DNA of 64,000 bases from an uncultured Gemmatimonadales bacterium (GTDB lineage Bacteria > Gemmatimonadota > Gemmatimonadetes > Longimicrobiales > Longimicrobiaceae), in the NCBI GenBank assembly GCA_963716255.1, contig OY970303.1, positions 2,944,001-3,008,000 of the forward strand, in the 5' to 3' direction. The notes below the pieces were generated by a model. That model had not been told where the DNA came from. It was given only the letters and a program-made list of their open reading frames with translations, and did not search any database. The position numbers and the translations under genes are program-made. Of this stretch, positions 18,960-53,300 are shown in pieces; positions within the stretch are counted from its first letter, which is position 1, and every line of letters begins with the position of its first letter.

Positions 18960-19460
18960 ATGAAAGGATCGTTGAACTCTGCGGCGGCCGGCGGGGCTGC
19001 CCTGCGGGCTCCATGGGCCGGTCTCGCCCTCCTGGCGCTGGGGCTGCTGGCGGGGACGGCTCCCGCCTGCTCGGCGCCGCTCCCGGAGGGCGGCGCCCAA
19101 CCCAAGCTGGTGGTGCAGGCGGACGTGTTCAGCGGCCGCCCCAACCCGGAGTGGTCGCTGGAGGCCGGCGAGACCGGCGAGTTCCGGCACCTCTTCGGCC
19201 GTCTCCGCGCCCCGGGCGCGCCCGGCGGACTGCACGACGGGCTGGGCTACCGGGGCTTCGTGGTCTTCGGGACGGAGGCGGTGATCCCCGGGTGCGACGA
19301 GGTCCGGGTGCAGGGGCAGCAGGTGGTGGCCCACTGCGAGGGCGGCGACCGGTGGTACGCGGACCCCGACCGCTCGCTGGAGCGCTGGCTCGCGGCGGGT
19401 GCGGAGGGGCGGGCCGGCGCGGACGTGGTCCGGCTGCTGCGGGAGCACACCCGCGGCTGA
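18960..19460 (+). CDS. Exported stand-alone SGRPNP/LGYRG-domain protein 2
   Basis: GGAGG SD; hydrophobic signal with Cys; DVFSGRPNPEW...LGYRGFVV...LERWL. Confidence 0.75.
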   Translation: MKGSLNSAAAGGAALRAPWAGLALLALGLLAGTAPACSAPLPEGGAQPKLVVQADVFSGRPNPEWSLEAGETGEFRHLFGRLRAPGAPGGLHDGLGYRGFVVFGTEAVIPGCDEVRVQGQQVVAHCEGGDRWYADPDRSLERWLAAGAEGRAGADVVRLLREHTRG

Positions 19461-19497
19461 CCGGGGCGGGCACACCGGCCGGGGACGGACTGAACGC

Positions 19498-19539
19498 GGC
19501 GAGGGGCCGGGGATTCGATCCCCGGCCCCTCGCCGTTTT
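19498..19539 (+). terminator. Rho-independent terminator of the three-gene unit
   Basis: ggcgaggggccggggat-tcg-atccccggcccctcgcc followed by gtttt. Confidence 0.8.
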
Positions 19540-19545
19540 CCACGG

Positions 19546-19770
19546 GCCCACCCGGCTCGCCGGAGGCTCGCCATCCTTTCCCGAGCCTGGAAGGAGCGAG
19601 CACGACGGAGTGGGGGCTGGACCCGCCGCGTGGACCTTCCCCTCACCCCCCGACCCCCTCCCCCGCAAGGGGGGAGGGGGAGCACGACACGACGAAGCCG
19701 AGGGTCAGGAAGCCCTCCCCCAGAATTGGGGAGGGTGGCGAGCCTCAAGCGAGCCGGGTGGGGGCTCCCC
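19546..19770. repeat. Palindromic REP-like repeat family B, intergenic: inverted partial copy (19546-19595) plus full copy (19640-19770)
   Basis: ccctcaccccccgaccccctcccccgcaaggggggagggggagcacgacac...gccctcccccagaattggggagggtggcgagcctcaagcgagccgggtggggg; its 3' part occurs inverted at 19546. Confidence 0.9.
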
Positions 19771-19788
19771 CGCGGACGCCAGGGCGAG

Positions 19789-19930
19789 CCCCGCGTGAGG
19801 GATTCCGGCCCGAAGGGGCGAGACCCGGCGAGGCTGTTTCCGCCGGGGCTCGACTCCGTTGCAGACGGTCGTTTCGTCTGCTACGGAGCCGAAGCCCGAC
19901 CCCGGCGACAGCCGGGGGCACGCCCAAACC
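19789..19930 (+). repeat. Structured dispersed repeat family A, copy 4
   Basis: Inner stem gcagacg/cgtctgc; lies just past the stop of the terminal NRPS. Confidence 0.95.
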
Positions 19931-19952
19931 TGCCGTTCAGAACCGTTTCAAC

Positions 19953-22900
19953 CTACCCCTCCAGCGCCCGCTCCACCTCGCGGGCCAGCGCCTCGGCGTG
20001 CGGCTCGCGGACCATGCTGAAGTGGCTCCCCGGCACGGAACGCACTTCCACCCCGCCCTCCAGCAGCTGCTCCCACCCGGCGCTCTCGGCCTCGGCGGGG
20101 TCGTGCTCGGCGGCGCGCAGCAGCGTGGCCGCGCCCGCCCACGCCGACGGCCGGTAGCCGTACAGCGCCGCCAGGTTGGCCCTGAACACCGCGTACAGCT
20201 GCCCGATGCGCTCCGCGTCCAGCTCCGGCGGCACCAGCCCCGCCGCCCGCGCCCCCTCCAGCACCCGCCCCAGGTACCCCCGCTCCTCCGCGTCCGCCGC
20301 CCCGGCCGCGAGCGTCCATCGCTCCGCCGGGAGCCCCATGTCCTGCGCGAAGATGCGCACCAGCACCGCCTCGCCGACCGGCAGGACGCGGCCGTGCAGC
20401 GCGGGCACCTGCGCGTCCACCAGCACCAGCCGCTCCACCCGCTCGCCGGCGGCCTCCAGCCGGCGCGCCATCTCGAAGGCGACCACCCCGCCCATGGACC
20501 AGCCGCCCAGCCGGTACGGCCCGGCCGGCTGCACCTCCCGCATGGCGCGGAGGTAGTCCGACGCCATCTCCTCCACCGTGCGCGCGGGCTCCACGCCGGC
20601 GGCAAGGCCGCGCGAGCGCAGGCCGTACACCGGCTGCTCCGGGTCCAGGCGCCGGGCCAGCGCGGCGTAGGCGAGCACGTCGCCGCCCACGGGGTGCACC
20701 AGGAAGAGCGGCGTGCGGCTCCCCCCCGGGCGCACGGGGACGAGCGGCGAGCCGTCGTCGCGGGCGCCGCCGCGGCGCAGCTCGGCGGCGAGCAGCTCCA
20801 CGGTGGGGGCGGTGAAGAGCGCGGCCAGGGGGAGGCGCGCGCCGGTGGCCTGCTCCACGCGCGCCATGAGGCGCACGGCCAGCAGCGAGTGCCCGCCGAG
20901 TGCGAAGAAGCCGTCGCGCACGCCCACGCGCTCCAGGCCGAGCACGTCCTCCCAGATGCGCGCGAGCGCCAGCTCCAGGGTGTCGCGGGGGGCGAGGTAC
21001 CCGCCCGCGCCGGCGTCCTCCGCACGCTCCGGGGCGGGGAGGGCCCGCCGGTCGATCTTTCCGTTGGGGGAAAGGGGGAAGCCCGCCAGCACCACCACGG
21101 CGGCGGGCACCATGTACTCCGGCAGGTGGAGCCCCACGTGCGCCCTCAGCTCCGCCGCGCCGGGGTGCGGATCCCCGGCGAGGGTGACGTAGGCGACGAT
21201 GCGCCGGTCGCCGGGCGCGCCGGAGGCGGAATCCTCCCGCACCACGGCCACGGCGTCGCGCACGGCGGGATGGCGGCCCAGGACGGCTTCAATCTCGCCC
21301 AGCTCGATGCGGAAGCCGCGCACCTTGACCTGGAAATCGGTGCGCCCCAGGTACTCCAGCTCGCCGCCGGGGCGCCGGCGGACGCGGTCCATCACCCGGT
21401 ACATGCGGCCGCCGGGCTCGCCGAAGGGGTCGGGGAGGAACCGCTCGGCGGTGAGGTCCGGGCGGGCGGCGTACCCCCGCGCCAGCTTGCCGCCCGCCAG
21501 GTACAGCTCGCCGACGACGCCCGCGGGCACCGGCTGGAGGTGGCGGTCCAGCACGTACGCCTGCGTGTTCGCCACCGGCCGCCCCACCAGGACCCGCTCC
21601 CCGCCCCGCTCCACGAGGGAATACGTGGAGTAGGTGGTGTCCTCGGTGGGCCCGTACAGGTTGCCCACGCGCTCCACCGTGCCCAGGGCGTACAATCCCT
21701 GCGCCAGCGGGAGGGGAAGGGCCTCGCCGCCCAGGTTGAGGGTCCGCACGCTCGCGGGGATGCCGCCGGCGCGCAGCAGCTCCGCCGCGGCGCTGGGGAC
21801 CATGCTGGCGTAGACGACCTGCTCGCCCGCGGGCAGCTCCGCCAGCTCCAGGGCGTTCTCCACCATCACCAGCCTGCCGCCCCACGCCAGCGTGCCGAAG
21901 ATTTCCGCCACCGACACGTCGAAGCTGACGGAGGTGGAAAACAGGACCGCCGACCGCTCGGCGTCCGACACGTTCTCCCGCATCCAGTGCAGCAGCACGA
22001 CGACGGACGAGTGGCGGATCATCACGCCCTTGGGCCGCCCGGTGGAGCCCGAGGTGAAGATGACGTGCGACAGGTTCTCGGGATCCGCCCCGCTCTCGGG
22101 CGCCGCGTCCGGCTCCGCGGCGAGGGCGTCGCGCGCCGCGTCCAGCGCGAGCACGTCCGCCACGCTCTCCGGCAGGCTGCCCGCAAGCCGCCCTTCGGTC
22201 AGCACCAGGGCGATGCCGGCGTCCTCCACCATGTACCCCAATCGCTCGGGCGGGTACGCCGGGTCCAGCGGCACGTAGGCGCCGCCCGCCTTGAGCACGC
22301 CCAGCAGCGCCACCAGCAGCTCGGGCGTGCGGCTCATGCACACGCCCACCCGGCTCTCCGGACCCACCCCGCGCCGCCGCAGCGCGTGGGCCAGCCGGTT
22401 CGCGCGCCGCTCCAGCTCGCCGTACGTCGTCCGCTCGCCCCGCCAGGAAACGGCGACGGCCTCCGGCGTCCGCGCGGCCTGCGCCGCGAACAGGTCGTGC
22501 ACCCGCATCCCCGCAGGGTACGCCCGCTCCGTCGCGTTCCACTCCGCCAGCACCCGCGCCCGCTCGGCGTCCGGCAGGAACCGGATCTCCGTGAACGGCC
22601 GCTCCGACTCCGCCGCCATCCCTTCCAGGAGCGCGGCCAGGTGCACGGCCATCCGCTCGATGGTGGCGCCCTCCCACAGGTCGGTGCGGAAGGAGAGCGC
22701 GCCCACCAGGCGCTCGCCGGCGTCGGTCACGTTCAGCGTCAGGTCGAACTTTTCCGTCCCGCCGGCGGCGCGCAGCGGCTCCACGTCCACCCCGCCCAGC
22801 TCCAGCGCGTCCGCCTCGTCCCGCGCCGCGCTGTAGGTGAACATTGCCTGGAACAGCGGCGCGTGCGCCAGGCTCCGCTCCACGCTCAGCTCCTCCACCA

Positions 22901-25900
22901 GCCGCTCGAACGGAAGGTCCTGGTGCGCGTGCGCCTCCAGCACACGCTCCCGCACCCGCCTCACCAGCTCCCCACCCCCCGGCTCCCCCGACAGGTCCGT
23001 CCGCAGCACCAGCGTGTTCACGAAGAACCCGATCAGTCCCTCCGTCTCCAGCCGCGTCCGGCCCGCGATCGGCGTCCCCACCACCACGTCCTCCTCCCCC
23101 GCGTACCGCCCCAGCAGCGCCGCGAAGCCCCCCAGCAGCACGGTGAACAGCGTCGCCCCCTCCCGCCGCGACAGCGCCCGCAGACCCGCCGTCGCCTCCG
23201 CCGACAGCGCGAACCCCCGCGCCGCCCCCCGGTCGCTCGCCACCGCCGGACGCACGTGGTCCGTCGGCAGCTCCAGCAGCGGCGGCGCGCCCCCCAGCCG
23301 CTCCCGCCAGTAGGCGATCTGCCGCTCCAGCGTTTCCCCCACCAGCCACGCCCGCTGCCACACCGCGTAGTCCGCGTACTGCACCGGCAGCTCCGCCAGC
23401 GGCGTGGGCCGCCCCGCCGAGTACGCTCCGTACAGCGCCGACACTTCCCGCGTCAGCACGCCCATGCTCCACCCGTCGCCCACGATGTGGTGCAGGTTCA
23501 CCAGCAGCACGTGCTCGCCCTCGCCCGCGCGCACCAGCGTCGCCCGCAGCAGCGGGCCCCGCGCCAGGTCGAACGGACGCCGCGCGTCCTCGCCCGCAAG
23601 GCGCAGCACCTCGGCCTCGCGCCCGCCCTCCGCAAGCCCGCCCAGCTCCACCACGGCGAGGCGGTGCTCCCCGGCGGGCCGGACGGCCTGCACCGGCTCG
23701 CCGCTCACCATCCCGAACACGGTGCGCAGCGATTCGTGCCGCCGCACCAGCTCGCCGAGCGACCGGCGCAGGGCCACGACGTCCAGCGCGCCGCGAAGCC
23801 GCAGCGGGAAGGGCATGTTGTACGTGGCGCTCCCCGGCTCCAGCTGGTCGATGAACCACAGCCGCTGCTGCGCGAACGACAGCGGCAGCGGCGCATCGTC
23901 GCGCGGGACGGGCACCAGCGGCGGCGCCGCCATCCCCACGCCCTCGCGAAGCGCAGCGTCCGCGCGCACCGCCAGCCCCGCCACGGTGGGCGCCTCGAAC
24001 AGCGCCCGCAGCGGGATCTCCACGCCCAGCGAGGCGGCCGCGCGGGAAACCACCTGCGTGGCCAGCAGCGAGTGCCCGCCCAGCGTGAAGAAGTCCTCCG
24101 TCACCCCCACGCGCTCCCGCCGCAGGACGTCCGCCCAGATCCCCGCCAGGATCTCCTCCGTCGGCGTCCGCGGCGGCACGTACGCCGCGCCGCCCGCGCC
24201 GTACTCCGGGGCCGGCAGCGCCCTGACGTCCAGCTTGCCGTTGGGAGTGAGCGGGAGATGCTCCAGCGCCACGAACCCGCCCGGCACCATGTACTCCGGA
24301 AGGCTGTGCCGCAGGTGATCGCGCAGCGCGTCCGCGTCCGCCCCGCCCACCACGTACGCCACCAGGCGCTGCTCGCCCGGCTCGTCCTCCCGCACGATCA
24401 CCCGCGCCTCGCGCACTTCCGCATGCGCGCACAGCACCGCCTCGATCTCCCCCGGCTCGATCCGGAAGCCCCGCACCTTCACCTGCTCGTCCACCCGCCC
24501 CACGAACTCCAGCTTCCCGTCCGCCTTCCAGCGCAGCCGGTCCCCCGTCCGGTACATCCGGGTCCCCGCATCCACGGCGAACGGGTCCGGCACGAAGCGC
24601 TCGGCCGTCAGCTCCGGCCGGTCCAGGTAGCCGCGCACCACGCCGTCCCCGCCCACGTACGCCTCCCCCGCCACGCCCACCGGCACCGGCTCCAGCGACG
24701 CGTCCAGCAGGTAGATGCGCTGGTTCCCCGTCGGCAGGCCCACCGACACCGTCAGCGCGTCCTCGGCCACGTGCTCCACCTGCTCGTACGAGCACCAGGC
24801 GGTGGTCTCCGTCGGCCCGTACATGTGCAGCAGCCGCTCCGGCCTGCCCGCCGCCAGGAGCCGCCGCACGCTGTCCGCGTCCGCCGCCTGCCCGCCGAAG
24901 AGGACTTCCCGCAGCGGCGCGAAGATGTCGGGCTGCTCGCGCGAGAGCTGGTTGAGCAGCGCGGTGGTCTGGTAGAGCGTGGTGATGCGCTGCTCGCGCA
25001 GCGTCTCGCGGAACGCGGCCGGCGAGAGCAGCACGTCGCGGGGGATGCCGACGAGGGTGGCGCCGTTCATCAGCGCGCCCCAGGCCTCGAAGGTCAGCGC
25101 GTCGAAGCTGGCGTTGGAGGCCTGCGCCACGCGGTCGCCCGGCTGGAAGCGGACGTAGTCCGTTTCCACGGCCAGCTGCACGACGTGGCGGTGGGCCACC
25201 ATGACGCCCTTGGGGCGCCCGGTGCTCCCGCTCGTGTAGACGATGTAGGCCAGGTTCTCCGCCGTGGCCCCGCTGCGCGGCGCCTCCGCGGACTCGCGGG
25301 CGAGGGCTTCGGCCGCCTCGTCCAGGAGGACGACCGGCACGCCGCCCGCCTCCGCCGCGAAGGGCACGTCGCCGCGGCTGAGGAGCACGCGCACGCTGCT
25401 GTCGTCCAGCATCATGCGCAGACGCTCGGCCGGGTAGCCGGGGTCCAGGGGGACGTAGCAGCCGCCGGCCTTGAGGACGGCCAGGATGGCGGCGACCAGC
25501 TCCGGGCCGCGCTCCAGCAGCACGCCCACGCGGCTCTCCGGTCCCACGCCGAGGCCGGCCAGGTGCCGCGCCAGCCGGTTCGTACGCGCGTCCAGCTGCG
25601 CGTAGGTCAGCTCCACGCCGCCCCACACCAGCGCCGCCGCGTCGGGCCTTTCCCGCACCTGCGCCTCGAACAGCTCGTGGATGCAGACGCCGCGCGGGTA
25701 CGGGCGCGCCGTCCGGTTCCACGCCTGCACCACCTGTTCGCGCTCGGCGCCGCCCAGGATCTCCACCTCGGCGAGGCGGCGGTCGGGACGGGCGGCGACG
25801 CCGTCGAGCAGGTTGCCGAAGTGCTCCAGCAGGCGGTCTATGGTGGCGACCTCGAACAGGTCGGAGCGGAAGGCGACGGCGCCGGAGATCTGGTCGCCGG

Positions 25901-27218
25901 AGTCCGTCAGGCTCGCGCTCAGGTCGAACTTGGCCGACTCCTCGTTGCGGGCCAGCGTTTCCACCTGCAGCCCGCTCAGCTTCAGCCTGCCTTCCTCGCC
26001 GTCGTTCTGGAGGGCAAACATGACCTGGAAGAGCGGCGTGTGCTGGAGGCTGCGCTCCACCCGCAGCTCCTCCACCAGCTTCTCGAACGGCACGTCCTGG
26101 TGCGCGAACGCCCCCAGCGTCGCTTCCCGCACCCGCCCCAGCAGCTCCCGGAACGAAAGCTCGCCCTCCACGCGGGTACGCAGCACCAGCGTGTTCACGA
26201 ACATCCCGATCACTCCCTCCAGCTCCAGCCGCCCCCGCCCGGCCGTCGGAGTCCCCACGCTCACGTCCTCCTGCCCGCTCCAGCGCGCCAGCAGCGCCTG
26301 GAACGCCGCCAGCAGCGTGATGAACAGCGTCGCGCCCTCCTCCTGGCCCAGCTCGCGCAGCGCCGCCGTGGTCTCCGCCGACACCGCGAATCCCCGGCGC
26401 CCGGCACGCTGTCCGGGGACGGACGGGCGCGGCCGGTCGACCGGCAGCTCCAGCACGGGCGGAGCGCCGGCCAGCGCTTCGCGCCAGAAGCGGATCTGCG
26501 CCTCCAGGGCCTCCCCCGTGATGCGCTCCCGCTGCCAGAGCGCGTAGTCCGGGTACTGCACCGCCAGCGGCTCCAGCGGCGACGGCTGGCCGCGCGAGAA
26601 CGCGTCGTAGAGAGCGGACACCTCGCCGGTCAGCACGCCCATGCTCCAGCCGTCGCTGACGACGTGGTGGAGGTTGAACACCAGCCCCCAGTCGTCGGCG
26701 GCCAGGCGCAGGAGCGAGGCGCGCATCAGCGGGCCGCGCGCCAGGTCGAAGGGGCGCGCCGACTCCTCCAACGCCAGCCGCCGCACCTCCGCCTCGCGCG
26801 CGGCGCCGGGGAGCGCGGACAGGTCGGCCACCGGCAGCCGCGCCGGGGCGGCGGGGAGGACGATCTGCACCGGCTCGCCCGCGGTGGCGGCGAAGACGGT
26901 GCGCAGCGACTCGTGCCGCCGCACCATCTCGGTGACCGACCGGCGCATGGCCGCCACGTCCAGCTCGCCGCGCAGCCGCAGCGGGAAGGGCATGTTGTAG
27001 GCGCTGCTCGCCGGGTCCAGCTGCTGGATGAACCACAGCCGCTGCTGCGCGAACGACAGCGGCACCGGCCCGTTGGCGGTTCGCGGGCGCACGCGCTCGT
27101 CCTCGCGCTTCTGGCCGGCTCGCTCGCGCAGCAGCCTGCGCAGGAGGAGCCGCCGCTCGGGCGAAAGCTCCTCCGGCCCGGCCGGGGGGGTCGTCTCGGT
27201 CACTCGTTTCTCGGACAC
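19953..27218 (-). CDS. Terminal NRPS ('E'): C-A-T-C-A-T-TE
   Basis: 2421 aa; HHVVSDGWS and [15 protein letters not shown] x2, GGHSL x2, TE GWSMG plus GSHF. Codes read by eye: DAFYLGMAWK (Leu-like) and DVASNGLTYK. Confidence 0.97.
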   Translation of the reverse strand: MSEKRVTETTPPAGPEELSPERRLLLRRLLRERAGQKREDERVRPRTANGPVPLSFAQQRLWFIQQLDPASSAYNMPFPLRLRGELDVAAMRRSVTEMVRRHESLRTVFAATAGEPVQIVLPAAPARLPVADLSALPGAAREAEVRRLALEESARPFDLARGPLMRASLLRLAADDWGLVFNLHHVVSDGWSMGVLTGEVSALYDAFSRGQPSPLEPLAVQYPDYALWQRERITGEALEAQIRFWREALAGAPPVLELPVDRPRPSVPGQRAGRRGFAVSAETTAALRELGQEEGATLFITLLAAFQALLARWSGQEDVSVGTPTAGRGRLELEGVIGMFVNTLVLRTRVEGELSFRELLGRVREATLGAFAHQDVPFEKLVEELRVERSLQHTPLFQVMFALQNDGEEGRLKLSGLQVETLARNEESAKFDLSASLTDSGDQISGAVAFRSDLFEVATIDRLLEHFGNLLDGVAARPDRRLAEVEILGGAEREQVVQAWNRTARPYPRGVCIHELFEAQVRERPDAAALVWGGVELTYAQLDARTNRLARHLAGLGVGPESRVGVLLERGPELVAAILAVLKAGGCYVPLDPGYPAERLRMMLDDSSVRVLLSRGDVPFAAEAGGVPVVLLDEAAEALARESAEAPRSGATAENLAYIVYTSGSTGRPKGVMVAHRHVVQLAVETDYVRFQPGDRVAQASNASFDALTFEAWGALMNGATLVGIPRDVLLSPAAFRETLREQRITTLYQTTALLNQLSREQPDIFAPLREVLFGGQAADADSVRRLLAAGRPERLLHMYGPTETTAWCSYEQVEHVAEDALTVSVGLPTGNQRIYLLDASLEPVPVGVAGEAYVGGDGVVRGYLDRPELTAERFVPDPFAVDAGTRMYRTGDRLRWKADGKLEFVGRVDEQVKVRGFRIEPGEIEAVLCAHAEVREARVIVREDEPGEQRLVAYVVGGADADALRDHLRHSLPEYMVPGGFVALEHLPLTPNGKLDVRALPAPEYGAGGAAYVPPRTPTEEILAGIWADVLRRERVGVTEDFFTLGGHSLLATQVVSRAAASLGVEIPLRALFEAPTVAGLAVRADAALREGVGMAAPPLVPVPRDDAPLPLSFAQQRLWFIDQLEPGSATYNMPFPLRLRGALDVVALRRSLGELVRRHESLRTVFGMVSGEPVQAVRPAGEHRLAVVELGGLAEGGREAEVLRLAGEDARRPFDLARGPLLRATLVRAGEGEHVLLVNLHHIVGDGWSMGVLTREVSALYGAYSAGRPTPLAELPVQYADYAVWQRAWLVGETLERQIAYWRERLGGAPPLLELPTDHVRPAVASDRGAARGFALSAEATAGLRALSRREGATLFTVLLGGFAALLGRYAGEEDVVVGTPIAGRTRLETEGLIGFFVNTLVLRTDLSGEPGGGELVRRVRERVLEAHAHQDLPFERLVEELSVERSLAHAPLFQAMFTYSAARDEADALELGGVDVEPLRAAGGTEKFDLTLNVTDAGERLVGALSFRTDLWEGATIERMAVHLAALLEGMAAESERPFTEIRFLPDAERARVLAEWNATERAYPAGMRVHDLFAAQAARTPEAVAVSWRGERTTYGELERRANRLAHALRRRGVGPESRVGVCMSRTPELLVALLGVLKAGGAYVPLDPAYPPERLGYMVEDAGIALVLTEGRLAGSLPESVADVLALDAARDALAAEPDAAPESGADPENLSHVIFTSGSTGRPKGVMIRHSSVVVLLHWMRENVSDAERSAVLFSTSVSFDVSVAEIFGTLAWGGRLVMVENALELAELPAGEQVVYASMVPSAAAELLRAGGIPASVRTLNLGGEALPLPLAQGLYALGTVERVGNLYGPTEDTTYSTYSLVERGGERVLVGRPVANTQAYVLDRHLQPVPAGVVGELYLAGGKLARGYAARPDLTAERFLPDPFGEPGGRMYRVMDRVRRRPGGELEYLGRTDFQVKVRGFRIELGEIEAVLGRHPAVRDAVAVVREDSASGAPGDRRIVAYVTLAGDPHPGAAELRAHVGLHLPEYMVPAAVVVLAGFPLSPNGKIDRRALPAPERAEDAGAGGYLAPRDTLELALARIWEDVLGLERVGVRDGFFALGGHSLLAVRLMARVEQATGARLPLAALFTAPTVELLAAELRRGGARDDGSPLVPVRPGGSRTPLFLVHPVGGDVLAYAALARRLDPEQPVYGLRSRGLAAGVEPARTVEEMASDYLRAMREVQPAGPYRLGGWSMGGVVAFEMARRLEAAGERVERLVLVDAQVPALHGRVLPVGEAVLVRIFAQDMGLPAERWTLAAGAADAEERGYLGRVLEGARAAGLVPPELDAERIGQLYAVFRANLAALYGYRPSAWAGAATLLRAAEHDPAEAESAGWEQLLEGGVEVRSVPGSHFSMVREPHAEALAREVERALEG
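21840..24180. repeat. Near-identical T-C-A(N-term) duplication with 28347-30687 (offset 6507 bp)
   Basis: Long matching DNA; the shadow ORFs also recur at a constant offset (22837/29344, 23404/29911, 23705/30212). Confidence 0.92.
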
Positions 27219-27224
27219 GGGACG

Positions 27225-36926
<9,702 letters not shown>

Positions 36927-36932
36927 GGGGCG

Positions 36933-50045
<13,113 letters not shown>

Positions 50046-50304
50046 CCTGTGGCTCTCCCGTGTCTGTAACGACGCAGGCACGCGCCTCGCCGCAGTCCGT
50101 GTCTGGAAGGGTGCGCACCACCGGGGCGGCGGCCGCGGGCCCGTCCCGGGGCACGGGAGGGGCCGCACGTCCGGGACACGCCCGGACCCGCCGATGGAGC
50201 TTGACCCGGCGCCGGAGCCGCGCTGCCGCGGATCCCGCCCGGGCCGGGAATCTAATACGACGTGTCGGATTTCGCGCGGGGGTCGCGGGCCGCGCGGCCG
50301 CCGC

Positions 50305-53300
50305 TCACCCGTCGCCCAGCATCCGCCGCACCTCCTCGTCGGAAAGGCCGGCGAGCCGCTCCCACTCCTCGTCCACCTCCCACTCCTCCAGCTCCGGCGC
50401 GGGACGGGCGGCCTGCAGCCAGGCGGCCAGGGCGGCCAGGGCGGCGACGGTGGGGGCTTCGAACATGACGCGCACCGGCACCTCCACGCCCATCTCGCGG
50501 TGCACGCGGGCGACCACGCGCGTGGCGAGCAGAGAGTGCCCGCCCAGGTCGAAGAAGTGGTCCTCGGCGCCCACGCGCTCCACCCCCAGCACCTCGGCGA
50601 AGATCGCCGCCACCCGCTCCTCGTCCGGGGTCCGGGGCGGCACGTGCTCCACGGCCGCGGCCCCCGCGTCCGGCGCGGGGAGGGCCCTGCGGTCCAGCTT
50701 GCCGCCGGGCGTCAGGGGAAGCCTCTCCAGCGCCACGAACGCGGCGGGGACCAGGTGCTCGGGGAGCGAGCCCCGCAGCCCCCGGCGCAGCTCCGCCGCC
50801 GCGGGCGCCTCCCGCCCCGCCGCGGGGACCAGGTAGGCCACCAGCCGGGCCGCGCCGCCCTCGCCGGCGGCGACCACCGCCGCCTCGCGCACGGCCGGGT
50901 GGCGCAGGAGCGCGGCCTCCACCTCGCCGGGCTCGATGCGGAAGCCGCGCACCTTGAGCTGCCGGTCCGTACGCCCCAGGAACTCCAGCGCGCCGCCCGG
51001 CCCCCGCCGCGCCCGGTCGCCGCTGCGGTACAGCCGCGTGCCGGCCGCGCCGGAGAAAGGATCGGGGAGCCAGCGCTCCGCGGTGAGCGCCGGGCGTCCC
51101 AGGTAGCCGCGCGCCAGCGTCGGCCCGCCCAGGTACAGCTCGCCGGGGATCCCGTCCGCCACCGGCTCGCCCGTGCCGTCCAGCACGTACGCCGCGCGCC
51201 CGGGGAGCGGCCCGCCGATGGGGGCCACCGGCCAGGGCCAGGCACCCGGGAACTGCTCCGGCAGCTCGTGCACGGTGGCGGTGACCACCGCCTCGGTGGG
51301 GCCGTAGCCGTTGAGCAGGCGGTGGGGCGCGGGGAAGCGCTCCCGCCAGCGGCGCACCGCCGCGGAGGGCACCGCCTCGCCGCCCACCACCACCAGGCGC
51401 GGGGCGGGGGCGTCCTCCCCCCCGGCGGCGTCCTCCGCCGCCGCCTGCCAGTACGCCACGGGGAGGTTGGCGACGGTGATCCCCAGCGCCCGTGCGCGCT
51501 CCCCGAACGACTCCGGGCTCCACGGCTCCGGCCCGCGCAGCACCAGCGCCGCGCCGGCGAGCAGCGTGGGGAAGAGCTGCTCCAGCGACACGTCGAACGC
51601 GGCGGAAGCGAACTGGAGCACCCGGTCGCCCGCGCCGAGCCCCGCCAGGGCGGCGAAGGCCAGCGAGTGGGCCGCCGCCGCGCGGTGCTCCACGACCACG
51701 CCCTTGGGGGTGCCGGTGGAGCCGGAGGTGTAGATCACGTACGCCGCGCCGGCGGGGTGCCCGGGGGCGGGCGCGGAATCGTCCGCGGCGGCCGTGACGC
51801 GCTCGCCGTCCACGTCCAGCCGCACCGTTTCCCAGGGGCCTTCCGGCTCGCGCCCCTCCACGGAGGCGTCCGCCAGGAGGAGGCGGGCGCCCGCGTCGCC
51901 CATGACGTACGCCAGGCGCTCGGCGGGGTCCCCCGGGTCCAGGGGGAGGTAGACGGCGCCGGCCTTGAGGACGGCAAGCACGGCGGCCACCATCTCCGGG
52001 CTCCACCGCATGCACACCCCCACCGCCGCCTCCGGGCCCGCGCCGCGCGAGGCAAGGAAGCGCGCCAGGCGGTCGGACCGGGCGTGGAGCTGGGCGTAGG
52101 TGAGGGCGCCGCCCCCCTCCACCTGCACGGCCGGGGCGCCCGGCGCGCGCCCGGCGGCCTCGGCGAAGAGCGCGTGCAGGGTGCGCTCCGGCGCGGGGCC
52201 GGCGTCCGCGCCGCGCGAGGCGGCCAGGACGGCGCGGCGCTCCTCCGGCGCGAGCAGGCCGATCCCGTCCACCCGCGCCCCGGGGTCCGCGGCCATCCCG
52301 GCGACCAGCCGCCGGAGCTGGGCGGAAAGCCGCTCCACCGTGGACTCGTCGAACAGCTCCTTGCGATACGAGAAGGTGGAGTACACCCGGCCCCGCTGGT
52401 CGGACACCACCAGCGCCAGCTCGAACTGGGCGACGTAGGCGTCGGTGCGCATCCCGGACATCTCCACGTCGCCCAGCCGCAGCTCGCCGCTGTCCACGTT
52501 GACCATGGCCAGGAAGACCTGGAAGAGCGGGTTGTACGCCAGCGAGCGCTCGGGGCGCAGCCCGGCCACCACCCGCTCGAAGGGGAGGTCCTGGTGGGCG
52601 TGCGCCTCCAGCAGCGTTTCGCGGACGCGGCGCAGCAGCTCGCGCCCGGTGGGCGCGCCGGACAGGTCGCCGCGCAGCACCAGCGTGTTGACGAAGAAGC
52701 CGATCAGCGGCTCCAGCTCCAGCCGCGTGCGCCCCGCGGCCGAGGTGCCCACCGGGACGTCGTCGCCCGCGCCGGACCGGGCGAGCAGCGCCTGGAGCGC
52801 GGCGAGCAGCACCACGAAGACGGTGGCGCCCTCGCGGCGGGCCAGCCCGCGCAGGGCATCCAGCTCCGCCGGGGGGAGCACGAAGGGAAAGTCGCCCCCC
52901 GTCAGGTCCGGGAGCGCCGGGCGCGGGCGGTCCACGGGCAGATCCAGCAGCGGCGGGGCGCCGCGCAGCCGCTCCCGCCAGAAGTCCACCTGCCGCTCCA
53001 GCGTCTCGCCCCGCAGCCAGCCCCGCTGCCACACGGCGTAGTCGGCGTACTGGAGGGGGAGCGGCGGGAGCGGCGAGGGCTCGCCGCGCGAAAAGGCCCC
53101 GTACAGGGTGGACACCTCGCGCACCAGCACGCCGGTGCTCCACCCGTCGGACACGGCGTGGTGGATGTTGCCCAGGAGCAGCCACTCCGCGTCGTCCACG
53201 CGCACCACGTGGACGCGCAGCAGCGGACCGCGCTCCAGGTCGAAGGGGCGCAGCATCTCCTCCGCGGCCACGCGGTGGGCCTCGCGCCCCCGGGCCGGCT

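Noticed and set aside
204..19930. Family A repeats as integron attC sites or a CRISPR array
   Set aside because: Copies are in both orientations, kilobases apart and between convergent genes; no clear RYYYAAC/GTTRRRY ends, regular spacers, integrase or cas genes.
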